A stretch of DNA of 64,000 bases from an uncultured Gammaproteobacteria bacterium (GCA_963845265.1 CAWJRN010000018.1:407634-471633); one strand, 5' to 3'. Positions 43,042 to 53,004 are shown, numbered from the stretch's first letter. Program-made: numbers and translations. Notes: a model not told the origin generated them from the sequence alone.

Positions 43042-43263
43042 TCGCGCCTGCCGGCTGACGCGCACCTTGTTGCTGCCCTCCCGACACCGCGCCTGCTTGT
43101 GACAGCCTCGCTGGCTGGCCTCCGTGCAGACCTTGGCGCAGCGCATCTCGCCGTCGCACGCCATCGCGTAGACGGAGGCCTCTTTCCCGCTGTTCGACGG
43201 ACGGATCATCTCATCGATCAGCCCATCTTGAACCAGCGGTTCCATCGTTCTTGGGGTTTTCAT
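43042..43263 (-). pseudogene. 5' fragment of a RIO1-family serine kinase gene
   Basis: MKTPRTMEPLVQDGLIDEMIRPSNSGKEASVYAMACDGEMRCAKVCTEASQRGCHKQARCREGSNKVRVSRQARPV parallels the bacterial RIO N-terminus (MKTPKRIEPL..DGL.DEV.R.L.SGKEA.VY.V.C....CAKVYKEA..RSF.....Y.EGRKVRNSR.AR). The kinase domain is absent. Confidence 0.6.
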
Positions 43264-43425
43264 CGCGGTCCTGGTGCGCAATGCGGATGGGCGGAGGCAT
43301 AGCCGTGCCTAAGTCGATCATCGATCCGTCGCCTTCCCCGGGGTTTGAGCCCGGCGGAGCAACCACTGGCCTTCGCCAATGCTACACGAGTTCTTCGCCG
43401 GTGCAGCCCTGCTGACTGGCCCCGG

Positions 43426-43692
43426 ATGTCCGATTGTCGGCCCTACGGCGGTAGTGTCACGAATCGGGCATTTACGCATACCGCCGGCACGGGACTGTCG
43501 CCCTCAACGGACTGGCAAGCATGGAATGTCTACGTGTCGCAGCCAAACCGCAACCTGAATCAGGCAGCGACATCGGGATATGGGACGCGGCTGCCGTCTT
43601 CCACGGATTGGCAGGCGTCGAATGCGTACGTCAGCAAGCCAGGTCAACCGAATGCCTATAAGCAATCGGTAACGCCGTCCCTAGGTTCGTGA
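43426..43692 (+). CDS. Hypothetical 88-aa protein with an internal ~19-aa duplication
   Basis: TGLSPSTDWQAWNVYVSQP and TRLPSSTDWQASNAYVSKP are encoded by about 70%-identical DNA copies. Six of the differences between them are synonymous, which argues for coding. Confidence 0.4.
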   Translation: MSDCRPYGGSVTNRAFTHTAGTGLSPSTDWQAWNVYVSQPNRNLNQAATSGYGTRLPSSTDWQASNAYVSKPGQPNAYKQSVTPSLGS

Positions 43693-43816
43693 GCTGTTAA
43701 AAGCGACTAAACGGGGCCGCTAACGCGGCCCCGGGGGTCTTGATGTCACCTTCGTTCGTAGACTGGATGAAGTAATAGCGAAACAGATCCGGTTCGACGC
43801 CGGAGTCTCGGTGCGA

Positions 43817-45280
43817 TCAACTGATACCGCCCAAGCACAGGTACTTGATCTCCACAAAATCATCGATCCCGTATTTGGAACCCTCGCGCCCGATACCGGA
43901 TTCCTTGACGCCGCCAAAGGGCGCCACCTCGGTGGACACGATGCCCTCATTGATGCCGACCATGCCGTACTCCAACTGCTCGGCAACCCGCCAGACACGC
44001 CCGATGTCGCGCGCGTAGAAATAGGCCGCCAGCCCATAGGGCGTGTCGTTGGCCATGGCGACGGCATCGGCTTCGGTTTCGAAACTGAATACCGTGGCCA
44101 CGGGGCCGAAGATCTCTTCGCGGGCGATGTCCATGCTGTCGGTGACACCCGTAAGTACGGCAGGGGTATAGAAGTTTTCTCCCAGCTCCCCGGCGATGCT
44201 CGGCTGTTGCATTTTGGCGCCCTGCCCGACGGCGTCGTCCACCAGGCGCTTCACCTTATTCACCGCCTTGAGGTTGATCAGGGGGCCCGTCGTAACGCCT
44301 TCTGCGAAGCCGTCACCCAGCTTGAGTTGCGCCACGGCCGCGGACAGCTTTTCGACGAAGGCATCGTGAATCGAGTCCTGAACAAGGACTCGGTTGGTGC
44401 AGACGCAGGTCTGACCCGCATTACGGAACTTGGAGGCCATCAGCCCGGCGACGGCGGCGTCCAGGTCGGCGTCGTCGAAGACGATGAAGGGCGCATTACC
44501 GCCAAGCTCCAGGGAGACCTTCTTCACCGTATCGGCGCACTGGCGCATCAGCAGCTTACCCACCGGCGTGGAGCCCGTGAAAGAGAGCTTGCGAACCCGG
44601 CGATCCCGACACAAGGCCTCACCGACGGCGGCGGCCTGGTTCGTGGTGATGACGTTGAACACCCCGGGGGGAAGACCTGCCTGCCGGCTCAACTCCGCCA
44701 GAGCCAGGGCCGACAAAGGTGTGTCCTCGCTGGGTTTGACGACAACGGTACAGCCCGCGGCCAGGGCGGGGGCGACCTTGCGCGTGATCATCGCGATGGG
44801 GAAATTCCATGGGGTGATCGCGGCGACCACGCCGATGGGCTGCTTGATGACGACGATGCGCTTGTCCGTGCCATGGGCAGGGATCACATCGCCGTAGACC
44901 CGCTTGGCCTCTTCGGCAAACCACTCGACGAAGGAGGCTCCATAGAGCACCTCGCCCCTGGCCTCGGCCAGCGGCTTACCCTGTTCCGTGGTCATGATCC
45001 GGGCAAGATCTTCCTGATGAGCGACGATCAGCTCGTACCAGCGGCGCAGTCGCGCCCCACGTTCCTTGGCGGTCAACCCGCTCCAGGCCGGCAGCGCCTC
45101 GGCGGCGGCATCGATGGCGGTGAGCGTCTCGGCGGTGCCCATGTTCGGGACCTCGGCGATCGCTTCGAGGCTGCTTGGATTGACGACCGCAAAGCGCTGG
45201 CCGTCGTGCGCTTCGCACCACCGACCATCGATATAGGCTTGTTGTCTGAGCAGGGTGGGGCTTGCGAGATTCAGTGACAT
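43817..45280 (-). CDS. gabD: Succinate-semialdehyde dehydrogenase (NAD(P)+)
   Basis: It has ALDH motifs ELGGNAP and FRNAGQTCVCTNR. The GabD-like N-terminus is QAYIDGRWCEA...VVNPSS. The start is ATG 45280. Confidence 0.85.
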   Translation of the reverse strand: MSLNLASPTLLRQQAYIDGRWCEAHDGQRFAVVNPSSLEAIAEVPNMGTAETLTAIDAAAEALPAWSGLTAKERGARLRRWYELIVAHQEDLARIMTTEQGKPLAEARGEVLYGASFVEWFAEEAKRVYGDVIPAHGTDKRIVVIKQPIGVVAAITPWNFPIAMITRKVAPALAAGCTVVVKPSEDTPLSALALAELSRQAGLPPGVFNVITTNQAAAVGEALCRDRRVRKLSFTGSTPVGKLLMRQCADTVKKVSLELGGNAPFIVFDDADLDAAVAGLMASKFRNAGQTCVCTNRVLVQDSIHDAFVEKLSAAVAQLKLGDGFAEGVTTGPLINLKAVNKVKRLVDDAVGQGAKMQQPSIAGELGENFYTPAVLTGVTDSMDIAREEIFGPVATVFSFETEADAVAMANDTPYGLAAYFYARDIGRVWRVAEQLEYGMVGINEGIVSTEVAPFGGVKESGIGREGSKYGIDDFVEIKYLCLGGIS

Positions 45281-45414
45281 AGAAGCACTCCGCATGAGGT
45301 GTTGACCGTGAAGGTACGACAAAGACGGGCTCGCGACACATTGAGCCCGCCAATCCTTTAAATTGTCGACACAATGCTTGGATAGTACCCGGGTTTCCGC
45401 TATTTTCCCCCGCC

Positions 45415-46152
45415 ATGGGCACAGATATGCCGACACTCATGGCCACCGAACCCGCAGTCACCGCGCCGGCACAGACCGCCACCATCGCCGACCGCGTCTT
45501 TGAGCAGTTGCGTCAGGCCATCGTGGAGGGAGAGATCCCGCCGGGCTCCAAGATCAGCGAGCCGGCGATGGCGGCCCGCTACGGGATTAGCCGCGGCCCG
45601 CTTCGGGAGGCCATGAGCCGCTTGGAGTCGAGCAATCTGGTGGAACGTCGCCCCAACCTCGGGGCGCGAGTGATCACACTCTCGGGCACCGAGCTCCTCG
45701 AGATCTATATGATTCGCGAGGCACTGGAGGGCATGGCCGCGAGGCTCGCCGCGCAGCAGATGAGCGACGTGGCCGTCGCAGAACTCCAGGCCCTCATGGA
45801 ACAGCACCGCCATCAGGTGGCGCAGGACTCCTGGCGGAGCTATTTCCAGAAGGAAGGGGACATGGACTTCCATTTCCGTATCGTTCAAGGCAGCGGCAAT
45901 CAACGCCTGATCGACATCCTTTGCAACGATCTCTACCACCTGGCGCGGATGTACCGCTGCCAGTTCGGCATGGGCAGCGACCGGGCCCGGGATGCCCTCA
46001 GGGAGCACGAACTGGTGGTGGACGCCATCGCCGACCGGGACGGGGAGCTTGCCGAGTTCCTCATGCGCCGACACATCCGCGCCTCGCGCCGCAATGTCGA
46101 GAACCGACTCGCGTCCGATGGCCAAACACCCACCAAAGGGAGCAGCCCATGA
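45415..46152 (+). CDS. GntR-family (FCD) transcriptional regulator, probable prp regulator
   Basis: The wHTH reads [25 protein letters not shown], followed by an FCD-type helical C-terminus. The stop overlaps the prpB start. Confidence 0.8.
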   Translation: MGTDMPTLMATEPAVTAPAQTATIADRVFEQLRQAIVEGEIPPGSKISEPAMAARYGISRGPLREAMSRLESSNLVERRPNLGARVITLSGTELLEIYMIREALEGMAARLAAQQMSDVAVAELQALMEQHRHQVAQDSWRSYFQKEGDMDFHFRIVQGSGNQRLIDILCNDLYHLARMYRCQFGMGSDRARDALREHELVVDAIADRDGELAEFLMRRHIRASRRNVENRLASDGQTPTKGSSP

Positions 46153-47039
46153 TTCAGCCCGCCAGCCAAACGCCCGGCGCCCAGTTGCGCCGCGCAGTCG
46201 CCGAGGAGCAGCCGCTGCAGGTCGTCGGCGCCATCAACGCCTATCACGCCATGATGGCCGAGCGCACTGGCTACCGCGCACTCTATCTCTCCGGCGGCGG
46301 TGTGGCCGCGGGCTCCTTCGGCGTGCCGGACCTGGGTATCACCAGCCTCAACGACGTGCTCGAAGACGTGCGTCGCATCACGTTCGCATCGTCTCTACCC
46401 CTGCTGGTGGACGCGGATACCGGCTGGGGCGGCGCCTTCAATATCGCCCGCACCGTGCGCGAGATGCAGCGTGCCGGGGCCGCCGGGGTACATATCGAGG
46501 ATCAGGTCGCCGCCAAGCGCTGTGGTCACCGTCCCAACAAGGCCGTCGTCTCCAAGGAGGAGATGGTGGACCGCATCAAGGCCGCGGTGGATGTGCGCAC
46601 GGACGACTTCGTGATCATGGCCCGCACCGATGCCTTGGCCGTGGAGGGGATGGACGCAGCCATCGAGCGGGCCGTCGCCTGCGTCGAGGCAGGCGCCGAT
46701 ATGATCTTCCCGGAGGCCATGGTGGAGCTGGAGCAGTACCGCGAGTTTGTCGCCGCGGTGAAGGTCCCGGTGCTCGCCAACATCACCGAGTTCGGTGCCA
46801 CACCCTTGTTCGGCACCAAGGAGCTGGGGGACGCTGGGGTCTCGTTGGTCTTGTATCCGCTCTCTGCCTTCCGCGCCATGAACAAGGCAGCGCTCAACGT
46901 CTATCAGGCGATCCGCAACGACGGCACCCAAGCCAACGTGGTCGATACCATGCAGACCCGCATGGAGCTCTACGACTATCTCAATTACCACGGTTTCGAG
47001 CAGAAGCTCGACGCGCTGTTCGCCGCCGAGCAGGACTGA
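46149..47039 (+). CDS. prpB: 2-methylisocitrate lyase
   Basis: It has [15 protein letters not shown] and [17 protein letters not shown]. Confidence 0.93.
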   Translation: MIQPASQTPGAQLRRAVAEEQPLQVVGAINAYHAMMAERTGYRALYLSGGGVAAGSFGVPDLGITSLNDVLEDVRRITFASSLPLLVDADTGWGGAFNIARTVREMQRAGAAGVHIEDQVAAKRCGHRPNKAVVSKEEMVDRIKAAVDVRTDDFVIMARTDALAVEGMDAAIERAVACVEAGADMIFPEAMVELEQYREFVAAVKVPVLANITEFGATPLFGTKELGDAGVSLVLYPLSAFRAMNKAALNVYQAIRNDGTQANVVDTMQTRMELYDYLNYHGFEQKLDALFAAEQD

Positions 47040-47102
47040 CGCCCGCGGATTAGTCACCACCGAACTAGACCCTTTCCCACCCACCGAATGAGGAGCAACC
47101 AA

Positions 47103-48254
47103 ATGGCCGAACAAGAGAGCCAATTGCCAAAACCCAAGAAGTCCGTTGCGCTGTCCGGCACCGTCGCCGGCAACACCGCCGTGTGCACCGTCGGTCGCAC
47201 CGGCAACGACCTGCATTATCGGGGCTACGACATCCTCGACTTTGCCGACATCGCCGAGTTCGAAGAGATCGCCTATCTGTTGATCCACGGCCGGCTGCCC
47301 ACCCAGGCCGAGCTGGCCGGCTACAAGCGCAAGCTCAAGGCACTGCGCGGTCTGCCGGCGGCGCTCAAGATCGCACTGGAGCAATTGCCCCCCTCCGCTC
47401 ATCCCATGGACGTGCTGCGCACCGGCGCATCGGTCCTCGGCACCTTGGAGCCCGAGAAGGAAGACATGCCGCTGGCCGGCGCCCGGGCCATCGGTGACCG
47501 GCTCATGGCGAGCTTCGGCTCCATGTTGCTCTATTGGTATCACTTCGCCCACAACGGAAAGCGCATCGAGGTGGAGACCGACGACGACTCCATCGGCGCC
47601 CATTTCCTGCACCTGCTGCATGGCTCCAAGCCATCCCCCGAGTGGGAGCGTGCCATGCACACCTCACTCAACCTCTACGCCGAGCACGAGTTCAACGCTT
47701 CGACCTTTGCCGCGCGCGTGATCGCCGGCACCAACTCCGACATGTACTCCTGTATCACCGGCGCCATCGGCGCACTGCGCGGGCCCAAGCACGGCGGCGC
47801 CAACGAGGCCGCCTGTGACATCCAGCTGCGCTACGCCAGCGCCGACGAGGCTGAGGCGGACATCACCGAGCGGGTGGGCAGGAAGGAGATCGTCATCGGT
47901 TTCGGTCACCCGGTCTACACCATCGGCGACCCGCGCAACGAGGTCATCAAGTCCGTGGCCAAGCGGCTGTCGGAGCAGAACGGCGACACCCGTATGTTCG
48001 AGGTGGCCGCGCGCCTGGAGACGGTCATGTGGGACCTCAAGAAGATGTTCCCCAACCTGGACTGGTTCTCCGCCGTGTCCTACGCGCAGATGGGCGTACC
48101 CACGCCGCTGTTCACGCCCATCTTTGTCATCGCCCGCACCGCCGGTTGGGTCGCCCATGTGATCGAGCAGCGACTGGACAAGAAGATCATCCGCCCGAGC
48201 GCCAACTATGTGGGCCCGGAGAACATGGAGTGGTTGCCCATCGACCGGCGTTAG
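47103..48254 (+). CDS. prpC: 2-methylcitrate synthase
   Basis: It has [23 protein letters not shown] and [17 protein letters not shown] 47103 is preferred over 47088 because AGGAG lies 7 nt upstream of it. Confidence 0.92.
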   Translation: MAEQESQLPKPKKSVALSGTVAGNTAVCTVGRTGNDLHYRGYDILDFADIAEFEEIAYLLIHGRLPTQAELAGYKRKLKALRGLPAALKIALEQLPPSAHPMDVLRTGASVLGTLEPEKEDMPLAGARAIGDRLMASFGSMLLYWYHFAHNGKRIEVETDDDSIGAHFLHLLHGSKPSPEWERAMHTSLNLYAEHEFNASTFAARVIAGTNSDMYSCITGAIGALRGPKHGGANEAACDIQLRYASADEAEADITERVGRKEIVIGFGHPVYTIGDPRNEVIKSVAKRLSEQNGDTRMFEVAARLETVMWDLKKMFPNLDWFSAVSYAQMGVPTPLFTPIFVIARTAGWVAHVIEQRLDKKIIRPSANYVGPENMEWLPIDRR

Positions 48255-48256
48255 CC

Positions 48257-48398
48257 GTAGGGTGGATAAGGCGCGTCGCACTGCGCCGCGAGTTTGCCAA
48301 GCGGTCCATCCGCGCCGCATCCACCGGGGTGTCTTCGGTGGATGCGCTTCGCTTATCCACCCTACCGCCCGGATCACCCCAAGCGCGGGGTGATCCGG
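48257..48398. repeat. REP-like palindromic elements between prpC and acnD
   Basis: GTAGGGTGGATAAG (48257-48270) pairs with CTTATCCACCCTAC (48352-48365), with an internal ATCCACC/GGTGGAT hairpin. A second 12-bp palindrome CCGGATCACCCC/GGGGTGATCCGG spans 48369-48398. Confidence 0.65.
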
Positions 48399-48403
48399 GG
48401 CAC

Positions 48404-48478
48404 GCGACCCTAAGCGACCTGCTGCAATCAGTGATCAAGGCCCACGAGATCCAGGCCGTTCGGGCCCCGGAGATTTGA
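48404..48478 (+). pseudogene. prpD: ~20-codon relic of prpD (2-methylcitrate dehydratase)
   Basis: ATLSDLLQSVIKAHEIQAVRAPEI* contains IKAHEIQ, identical to the conserved PrpD segment (E. coli ...LTAMIKAHEIQGC...), at the position where prpD sits in prpBCD operons. Confidence 0.4.
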
Positions 48479-48490
48479 GAGCATCGAACG

Positions 48491-51079
48491 ATGAACACCA
48501 AACACCGTAAACCCCTGCCGGGCACCGACCTGGACTACTTCGACACCCGCGAGGCGGTGGAGGCCATTGCACCCGGGGCCTACGCCAGACTGCCCTACAC
48601 CTCGCGTGTGCTGGCCGAGCAATTGGTGCGTCGCTGCGACCCCGATGCCCTGACCGATGCCCTGCGGCAGATCGTCGACACCAAACGCGACCTGGACTTC
48701 CCCTGGTACCCCGCGCGCGTGGTCTGCCACGACATCCTGGGCCAGACCGCCCTGGTGGACCTGGCCGGTCTGCGTGACGCCATCGCCGACCAGGGCGGTG
48801 ACCCCGCCAAGGTGAACCCGGTGGTGCCCACCCAGCTCATCGTGGACCACTCCCTGGCCGTCGAGGCAGCAGGCTTCGATCCGCAAGCCTTCGAAAAGAA
48901 CCGCGCCATCGAGGACCGCCGCAACGAGGACCGCTTCCACTTCATCGAGTGGACCAAGACCGCCTTCGACAACGTGGACGTGATCCCGGCGGGCAACGGC
49001 ATCATGCACCAGATCAACCTGGAGAAGATGTCGCCGGTCGTTCAGGCTCGCGATGGGGTCGCGTACCCCGACACCTGCGTCGGCACCGACTCCCACACCC
49101 CGCACATCGACTCGCTGGGTGTGATCGCCATCGGCGTGGGTGGCCTGGAGGCCGAGACCGTCATGCTGGGCCGTCCCACCATGATGCGTCTGCCCGAGAT
49201 CATCGGCGTGAAGCTGACCGGCAAGCGCCAGCCCGGCATTACCGCCACCGACATCGTGCTGGCCCTGACCGAGTTTCTGCGCAATGCCAAGGTCGTCTCG
49301 GCCTACCTGGAGTTCTTCGGCGACGGCGCCCGCAGCCTCACCATCGGCGACCGGGCGACCATCTCGAACATGACCCCGGAGTTCGGCGCCTCCGCCGGCA
49401 TGTTTTCTATCGACGAGCAGACCATCGCCTATCTGAAGCTCACCGGTCGCGAGCCATCGCAGGTCGAGCTGGTCGAGACCTACGCCAAGACCACCGGCCT
49501 GTGGGCCGATGACCTGGCGAATGCCGAGTACGAGCGTGTGCTGGAGTTCGACCTCTCATCCGTGGGCCGCAACATGGCCGGCCCCTCTAATCCCCACCGC
49601 CGCCTGCCCACCTCGGCCCTCGCCGAGCGCGGCATAGCAGGCAGTTGGGAAGAGAAGGATGGCGAGATGCCCGATGGCGCCGTGATCATCGCCGCCATCA
49701 CCTCCTGCACCAATACCTCCAACCCGCGCAACGTGGTCGCCGCCGGTCTGCTGGCCCGCAAGGCCAACGAGCTGGGCTTGACCCGCAAGCCCTGGGTGAA
49801 GTCCTCCTTCGCACCCGGCTCCAAGGTGGCCAAGCTGTACCTGGAAGAGGCGGGTCTGTTGGCGGAGATGGAGCAGCTGGGCTTCGGCATCGTCGCCTAC
49901 GCCTGCACCACCTGTAACGGCATGAGCGGCGCGCTGGACCCCAAGATCCAGCAGGAGATCATCGACCGCGACCTCTATGCCACCGCGGTCCTCTCCGGCA
50001 ACCGCAACTTCGACGGCCGCATCCACCCCTACGCCAAGCAGGCCTTCCTGGCCTCGCCGCCGCTGGTGGTCGCCTACGCCATCGCCGGCACCGTGCGCTT
50101 CGACATCGAGCAGGATGCCCTGGGCACCGACAACGATGGCAACCCGATTAGGCTGAAGGACATCTGGCCCTCGGACGAAGAGATCGACGCCATCGTCAGC
50201 GCGTGCGTGAAGCCGGAGCAGTTCCGGCAGATCTACAACCCCATGTTCGACCTGGGCGCCCGCGAAAAGGCCAAGAGCCCGCTCTACGCCTGGCGCCCCC
50301 AGAGCACCTACATCCGCCGTCCGCCCTACTGGGAGGGCGCACTGGCAGGCGAGCGCACAATGAAAGGCATGCGTCCCCTGGCGGTGCTGGGCGACAACAT
50401 CACCACCGACCATCTGTCCCCCTCCAACGCCATCATGGCCTCCAGCGCCGCCGGTGAATATCTGGCAAAGATGGGCCTGCCGGAAGAGGACTTTAACTCC
50501 TACGCCACCCACCGTGGCGACCACCTCACCGCCCTGCGCGCCACCTTCGCGAATCCCAAGCTGTTCAACGAGATGTGCCGCGACGACCAGGGCGAGGTGA
50601 TCCAGGGCTCCCTGGCCCGGGTGGAGCCGGAAGGCGAGCAGATGCGCATGTGGGAGGCCATCGAGACCTACATGAATCGCGGTCAGCCCCTGTGCATCAT
50701 CGCCGGCGCCGACTACGGCCAGGGTTCATCCCGGGACTGGGCCGCCAAGGGCGTGCGCCTGGCCGGCGTGGAGGCCATCGTCGCCGAGGGCTTCGAGCGC
50801 ATCCACCGCACCAACCTGGTGGGCATGGGCGTGCTGCCCTTGCAGTTCAAGGACGGCGAGACCCGCGAGACCTATGCAATCGACGGCACCGAGACCTTTG
50901 ACGTGATCGGCGAGCCGGCCCCCCTTGCCGAGCTGGTCGTGGTGGTACACCGGCCCAACGGCGAACGGGTCGAGATCCCCGTTACCTGCCGCCTGGACAC
51001 GGCCGAAGAGGTCCACGTCTACGCCGCCGGCGGCGTGCTCCAACGCTTCGCCCAGGACTTTCTGGCCTCCGCGAATTGA
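48491..51079 (+). CDS. acnD: Fe/S-dependent 2-methylisocitrate dehydratase (aconitase family) AcnD
   Basis: The 862-aa aconitase has cluster-ligand contexts ITSCTNTSNP and ACTTCNGMSG. It lies in a prp context followed by prpF. Confidence 0.9.
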   Translation: MNTKHRKPLPGTDLDYFDTREAVEAIAPGAYARLPYTSRVLAEQLVRRCDPDALTDALRQIVDTKRDLDFPWYPARVVCHDILGQTALVDLAGLRDAIADQGGDPAKVNPVVPTQLIVDHSLAVEAAGFDPQAFEKNRAIEDRRNEDRFHFIEWTKTAFDNVDVIPAGNGIMHQINLEKMSPVVQARDGVAYPDTCVGTDSHTPHIDSLGVIAIGVGGLEAETVMLGRPTMMRLPEIIGVKLTGKRQPGITATDIVLALTEFLRNAKVVSAYLEFFGDGARSLTIGDRATISNMTPEFGASAGMFSIDEQTIAYLKLTGREPSQVELVETYAKTTGLWADDLANAEYERVLEFDLSSVGRNMAGPSNPHRRLPTSALAERGIAGSWEEKDGEMPDGAVIIAAITSCTNTSNPRNVVAAGLLARKANELGLTRKPWVKSSFAPGSKVAKLYLEEAGLLAEMEQLGFGIVAYACTTCNGMSGALDPKIQQEIIDRDLYATAVLSGNRNFDGRIHPYAKQAFLASPPLVVAYAIAGTVRFDIEQDALGTDNDGNPIRLKDIWPSDEEIDAIVSACVKPEQFRQIYNPMFDLGAREKAKSPLYAWRPQSTYIRRPPYWEGALAGERTMKGMRPLAVLGDNITTDHLSPSNAIMASSAAGEYLAKMGLPEEDFNSYATHRGDHLTALRATFANPKLFNEMCRDDQGEVIQGSLARVEPEGEQMRMWEAIETYMNRGQPLCIIAGADYGQGSSRDWAAKGVRLAGVEAIVAEGFERIHRTNLVGMGVLPLQFKDGETRETYAIDGTETFDVIGEPAPLAELVVVVHRPNGERVEIPVTCRLDTAEEVHVYAAGGVLQRFAQDFLASAN

Positions 51080-51106
51080 CGCAGACTCGCAGGCTGGGGA
51101 ACCCCA

Positions 51107-51135
51107 GTAGGCTGGGTTGAGGAACGAAACCCAGC
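51107..51135 (+). repeat. REP unit GTAGGCTGGGTTGAGGAACGAAACCCAGC
   Basis: It has an 8-bp stem GCTGGGTT/AACCCAGC. It is identical to the copy at 51768-51796 and inverted relative to 51705-51733. Confidence 0.8.
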
Positions 51136-51152
51136 AAGGCAGGCATCCACCG

Positions 51153-51683
51153 TCAACCGAACTCAAGGTCGATTACGTCGCAAGGTGCTGCCCAGTTCTG
51201 ATCGTAAACCCCGCGTGCAATCAACCGATGCAACGAGGAAAACGGCCAGTCCTTTGGATCATCGACGTACCCGTGTTTCACGGGGTTGTAATGGATGTAA
51301 TCCATGTGCATCCGAAAGTCCCGCTCGTCTCGGACCACATGCTCCCAGTAACGCCGCTGCCACAAGCCGCGCTCGGAGCGGCGGGTGCGGCTGGAGGAAA
51401 TCCGCTCCCCGGCAGGGATCTGGCGGGAGAATCGAGCCTTGATTAACTGCCAGCGGATCGGGAAATCGTCGTCATCCGCCGGCAAACGCCACAAGCAGTG
51501 CAGATGATCCGGCAGCACGACCATGGCTTCGATGGCAACCGGATGATCGGCAAGCGTTTGCCGAAACGCCGCCCGCAAAGCAGAGATATGGCTGACCAAC
51601 AGGTCGTTACCCTGCCGCTCGGCCAGCGTCAGGGTGAAGAAATAGGTGCCGCCACGGATTCTGATGCGCTTGTAGGTCCGCAT
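51153..51683 (-). CDS. REP-associated tyrosine transposase (RAYT, IS200/IS605 Y1 class)
   Basis: It has the HUH-type motif VVLPDHLHCLW and the catalytic Tyr context MDYIHYNPVKHGY. It is flanked by cognate REPs in inverted orientation. Confidence 0.85.
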   Translation of the reverse strand: MRTYKRIRIRGGTYFFTLTLAERQGNDLLVSHISALRAAFRQTLADHPVAIEAMVVLPDHLHCLWRLPADDDDFPIRWQLIKARFSRQIPAGERISSSRTRRSERGLWQRRYWEHVVRDERDFRMHMDYIHYNPVKHGYVDDPKDWPFSSLHRLIARGVYDQNWAAPCDVIDLEFG

Positions 51684-51704
51684 GGCGTTCAGCGTAGCCT
51701 CAAT

Positions 51705-51796
51705 GCTGGGTTTCGTTCCTCAACCCAGCCTACAGGGCTACCGCGGGCGGGGAGCCCGCGGTAGCCCGTAGGCTGGGTTGAGGAACGAAACCCAGC
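51705..51796. repeat. REPIN: two inverted REP units around a 14-bp-arm palindrome
   Basis: GCTGGGTTTCGTTCCTCAACCCAGCCTAC spans 51705-51733. GGGCTACCGCGGGC-gggga-GCCCGCGGTAGCCC spans 51735-51767. GTAGGCTGGGTTGAGGAACGAAACCCAGC spans 51768-51796. Confidence 0.8.
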
Positions 51797-51825
51797 TTGG
51801 CATTCACTCCAGAGGTTTATTCCCA

Positions 51826-53004
51826 ATGCCCCACCCACCCCAGATCAAGATTCCCGCCACCTACATGCGCGGCGGCACCAGCAAGGGCGTGTTCTTCAAG
51901 CTGACGGACCTACCGGAGGCCGCCCAGGTGCCCGGCGAGGCGCGCGACAAGCTGTTGCTGCGCGTGATCGGCAGCCCAGATCCCTACGGCAAACACACCG
52001 ACGGCATGGGCGGCGCCACCTCCAGTACCTCCAAGACCGTGATCCTCGCCAAGAGCGAGAAGCCCGATCACGACGTGGACTACCTCTTCGGCCAGGTGTC
52101 CATCGACAAGGCCTTCGTCGACTGGTCCGGAAACTGTGGGAACCTGAGCGCCGCCGTCGGCGCCTTCGCCGTGAGCAACGGCCTGGTCGACCCCGAGCGC
52201 ATCCCCGAGAACGGCGTCTGCGCCGTGCGGGTTTGGCAGAAGAACATCGGCAAGACCATCGTCAACCGGGTGCCGATCACCAACGGGGAGGTCCAGGAGA
52301 CCGGCGCCTTCGAGCTGGACGGCGTGACCTTCCCCGCCGCCGAGGTGCCCGTGGAATTCGTCAGCCCCATCGACGCGGGCGAGGCCGTCTTCCCCACCGG
52401 CAACCTGCTGGACACCCTGGAGGTCCCTGGCGTCGGCAGCTTCCAAGTCACCATGATCAATGCCGGCATCCCCACCATCTTCCTCAAGGCCGAAGACCTT
52501 GGCTACGACGGCACCGAGTTGCAGGAAGCTATCAATGGGGACCCAAAGGCCCTGGAACGCTTCGAGACGATTCGTGCCCATGGTGCGGTGCGCATGGGAC
52601 TGATCCAGGACCTGTCGGAGGCCACCGCACGTCAGCACACCCCAAAGGTGGCCATCTGCGCTGCACCCAAGGACTACGCCGCCTCCAGCGGCAAGGCGAT
52701 CAAGGCGGCGGACATCGACCTGAACGTCCGTGCCCTGTCCATGGGCAAGCTGCACCACGCCATGATGGGCACCGCCGCCGTGGCCATCGCCAGCGCCGCG
52801 GCCATCCCGGGAACCCTGGTGAACCGGGCCGCAGGTGGCGGACCGCGCGACACCGTCACCTTCGGTCACCCTTCCGGCACCCTGAAGGTCGGCGCCGCGG
52901 CCTCCGAGTCAAACGGCGAATGGCGCATCGAGAAGGTGGTCATGAGCCGTAGCGCACGGGTGCTGATGGAAGGCTGGGTGCGGGTGCCTGGGGATGCATT
53001 CTGA
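51826..53004 (+). CDS. prpF: AcnD-accessory isomerase PrpF
   Basis: MPHPPQIKIPATYMRGGTSKGVFFKL is a typical PrpF N-terminus. The start is ATG 51826, because the ORF-track TTG at 51778 lies inside the REP. Confidence 0.9.
   Translation: MPHPPQIKIPATYMRGGTSKGVFFKLTDLPEAAQVPGEARDKLLLRVIGSPDPYGKHTDGMGGATSSTSKTVILAKSEKPDHDVDYLFGQVSIDKAFVDWSGNCGNLSAAVGAFAVSNGLVDPERIPENGVCAVRVWQKNIGKTIVNRVPITNGEVQETGAFELDGVTFPAAEVPVEFVSPIDAGEAVFPTGNLLDTLEVPGVGSFQVTMINAGIPTIFLKAEDLGYDGTELQEAINGDPKALERFETIRAHGAVRMGLIQDLSEATARQHTPKVAICAAPKDYAASSGKAIKAADIDLNVRALSMGKLHHAMMGTAAVAIASAAAIPGTLVNRAAGGGPRDTVTFGHPSGTLKVGAAASESNGEWRIEKVVMSRSARVLMEGWVRVPGDAF

Noticed and set aside
43713-43732. GGGGCCGC-taac-GCGGCCCC hairpin considered as the gabD terminator
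   Set aside because: The stem is only 8 bp and no U-tract follows on either strand, so it is left unannotated.
43811-45277. 488-aa plus-strand ORF
   Set aside because: It is antisense to gabD, whose ALDH catalytic motifs are intact on the minus strand.
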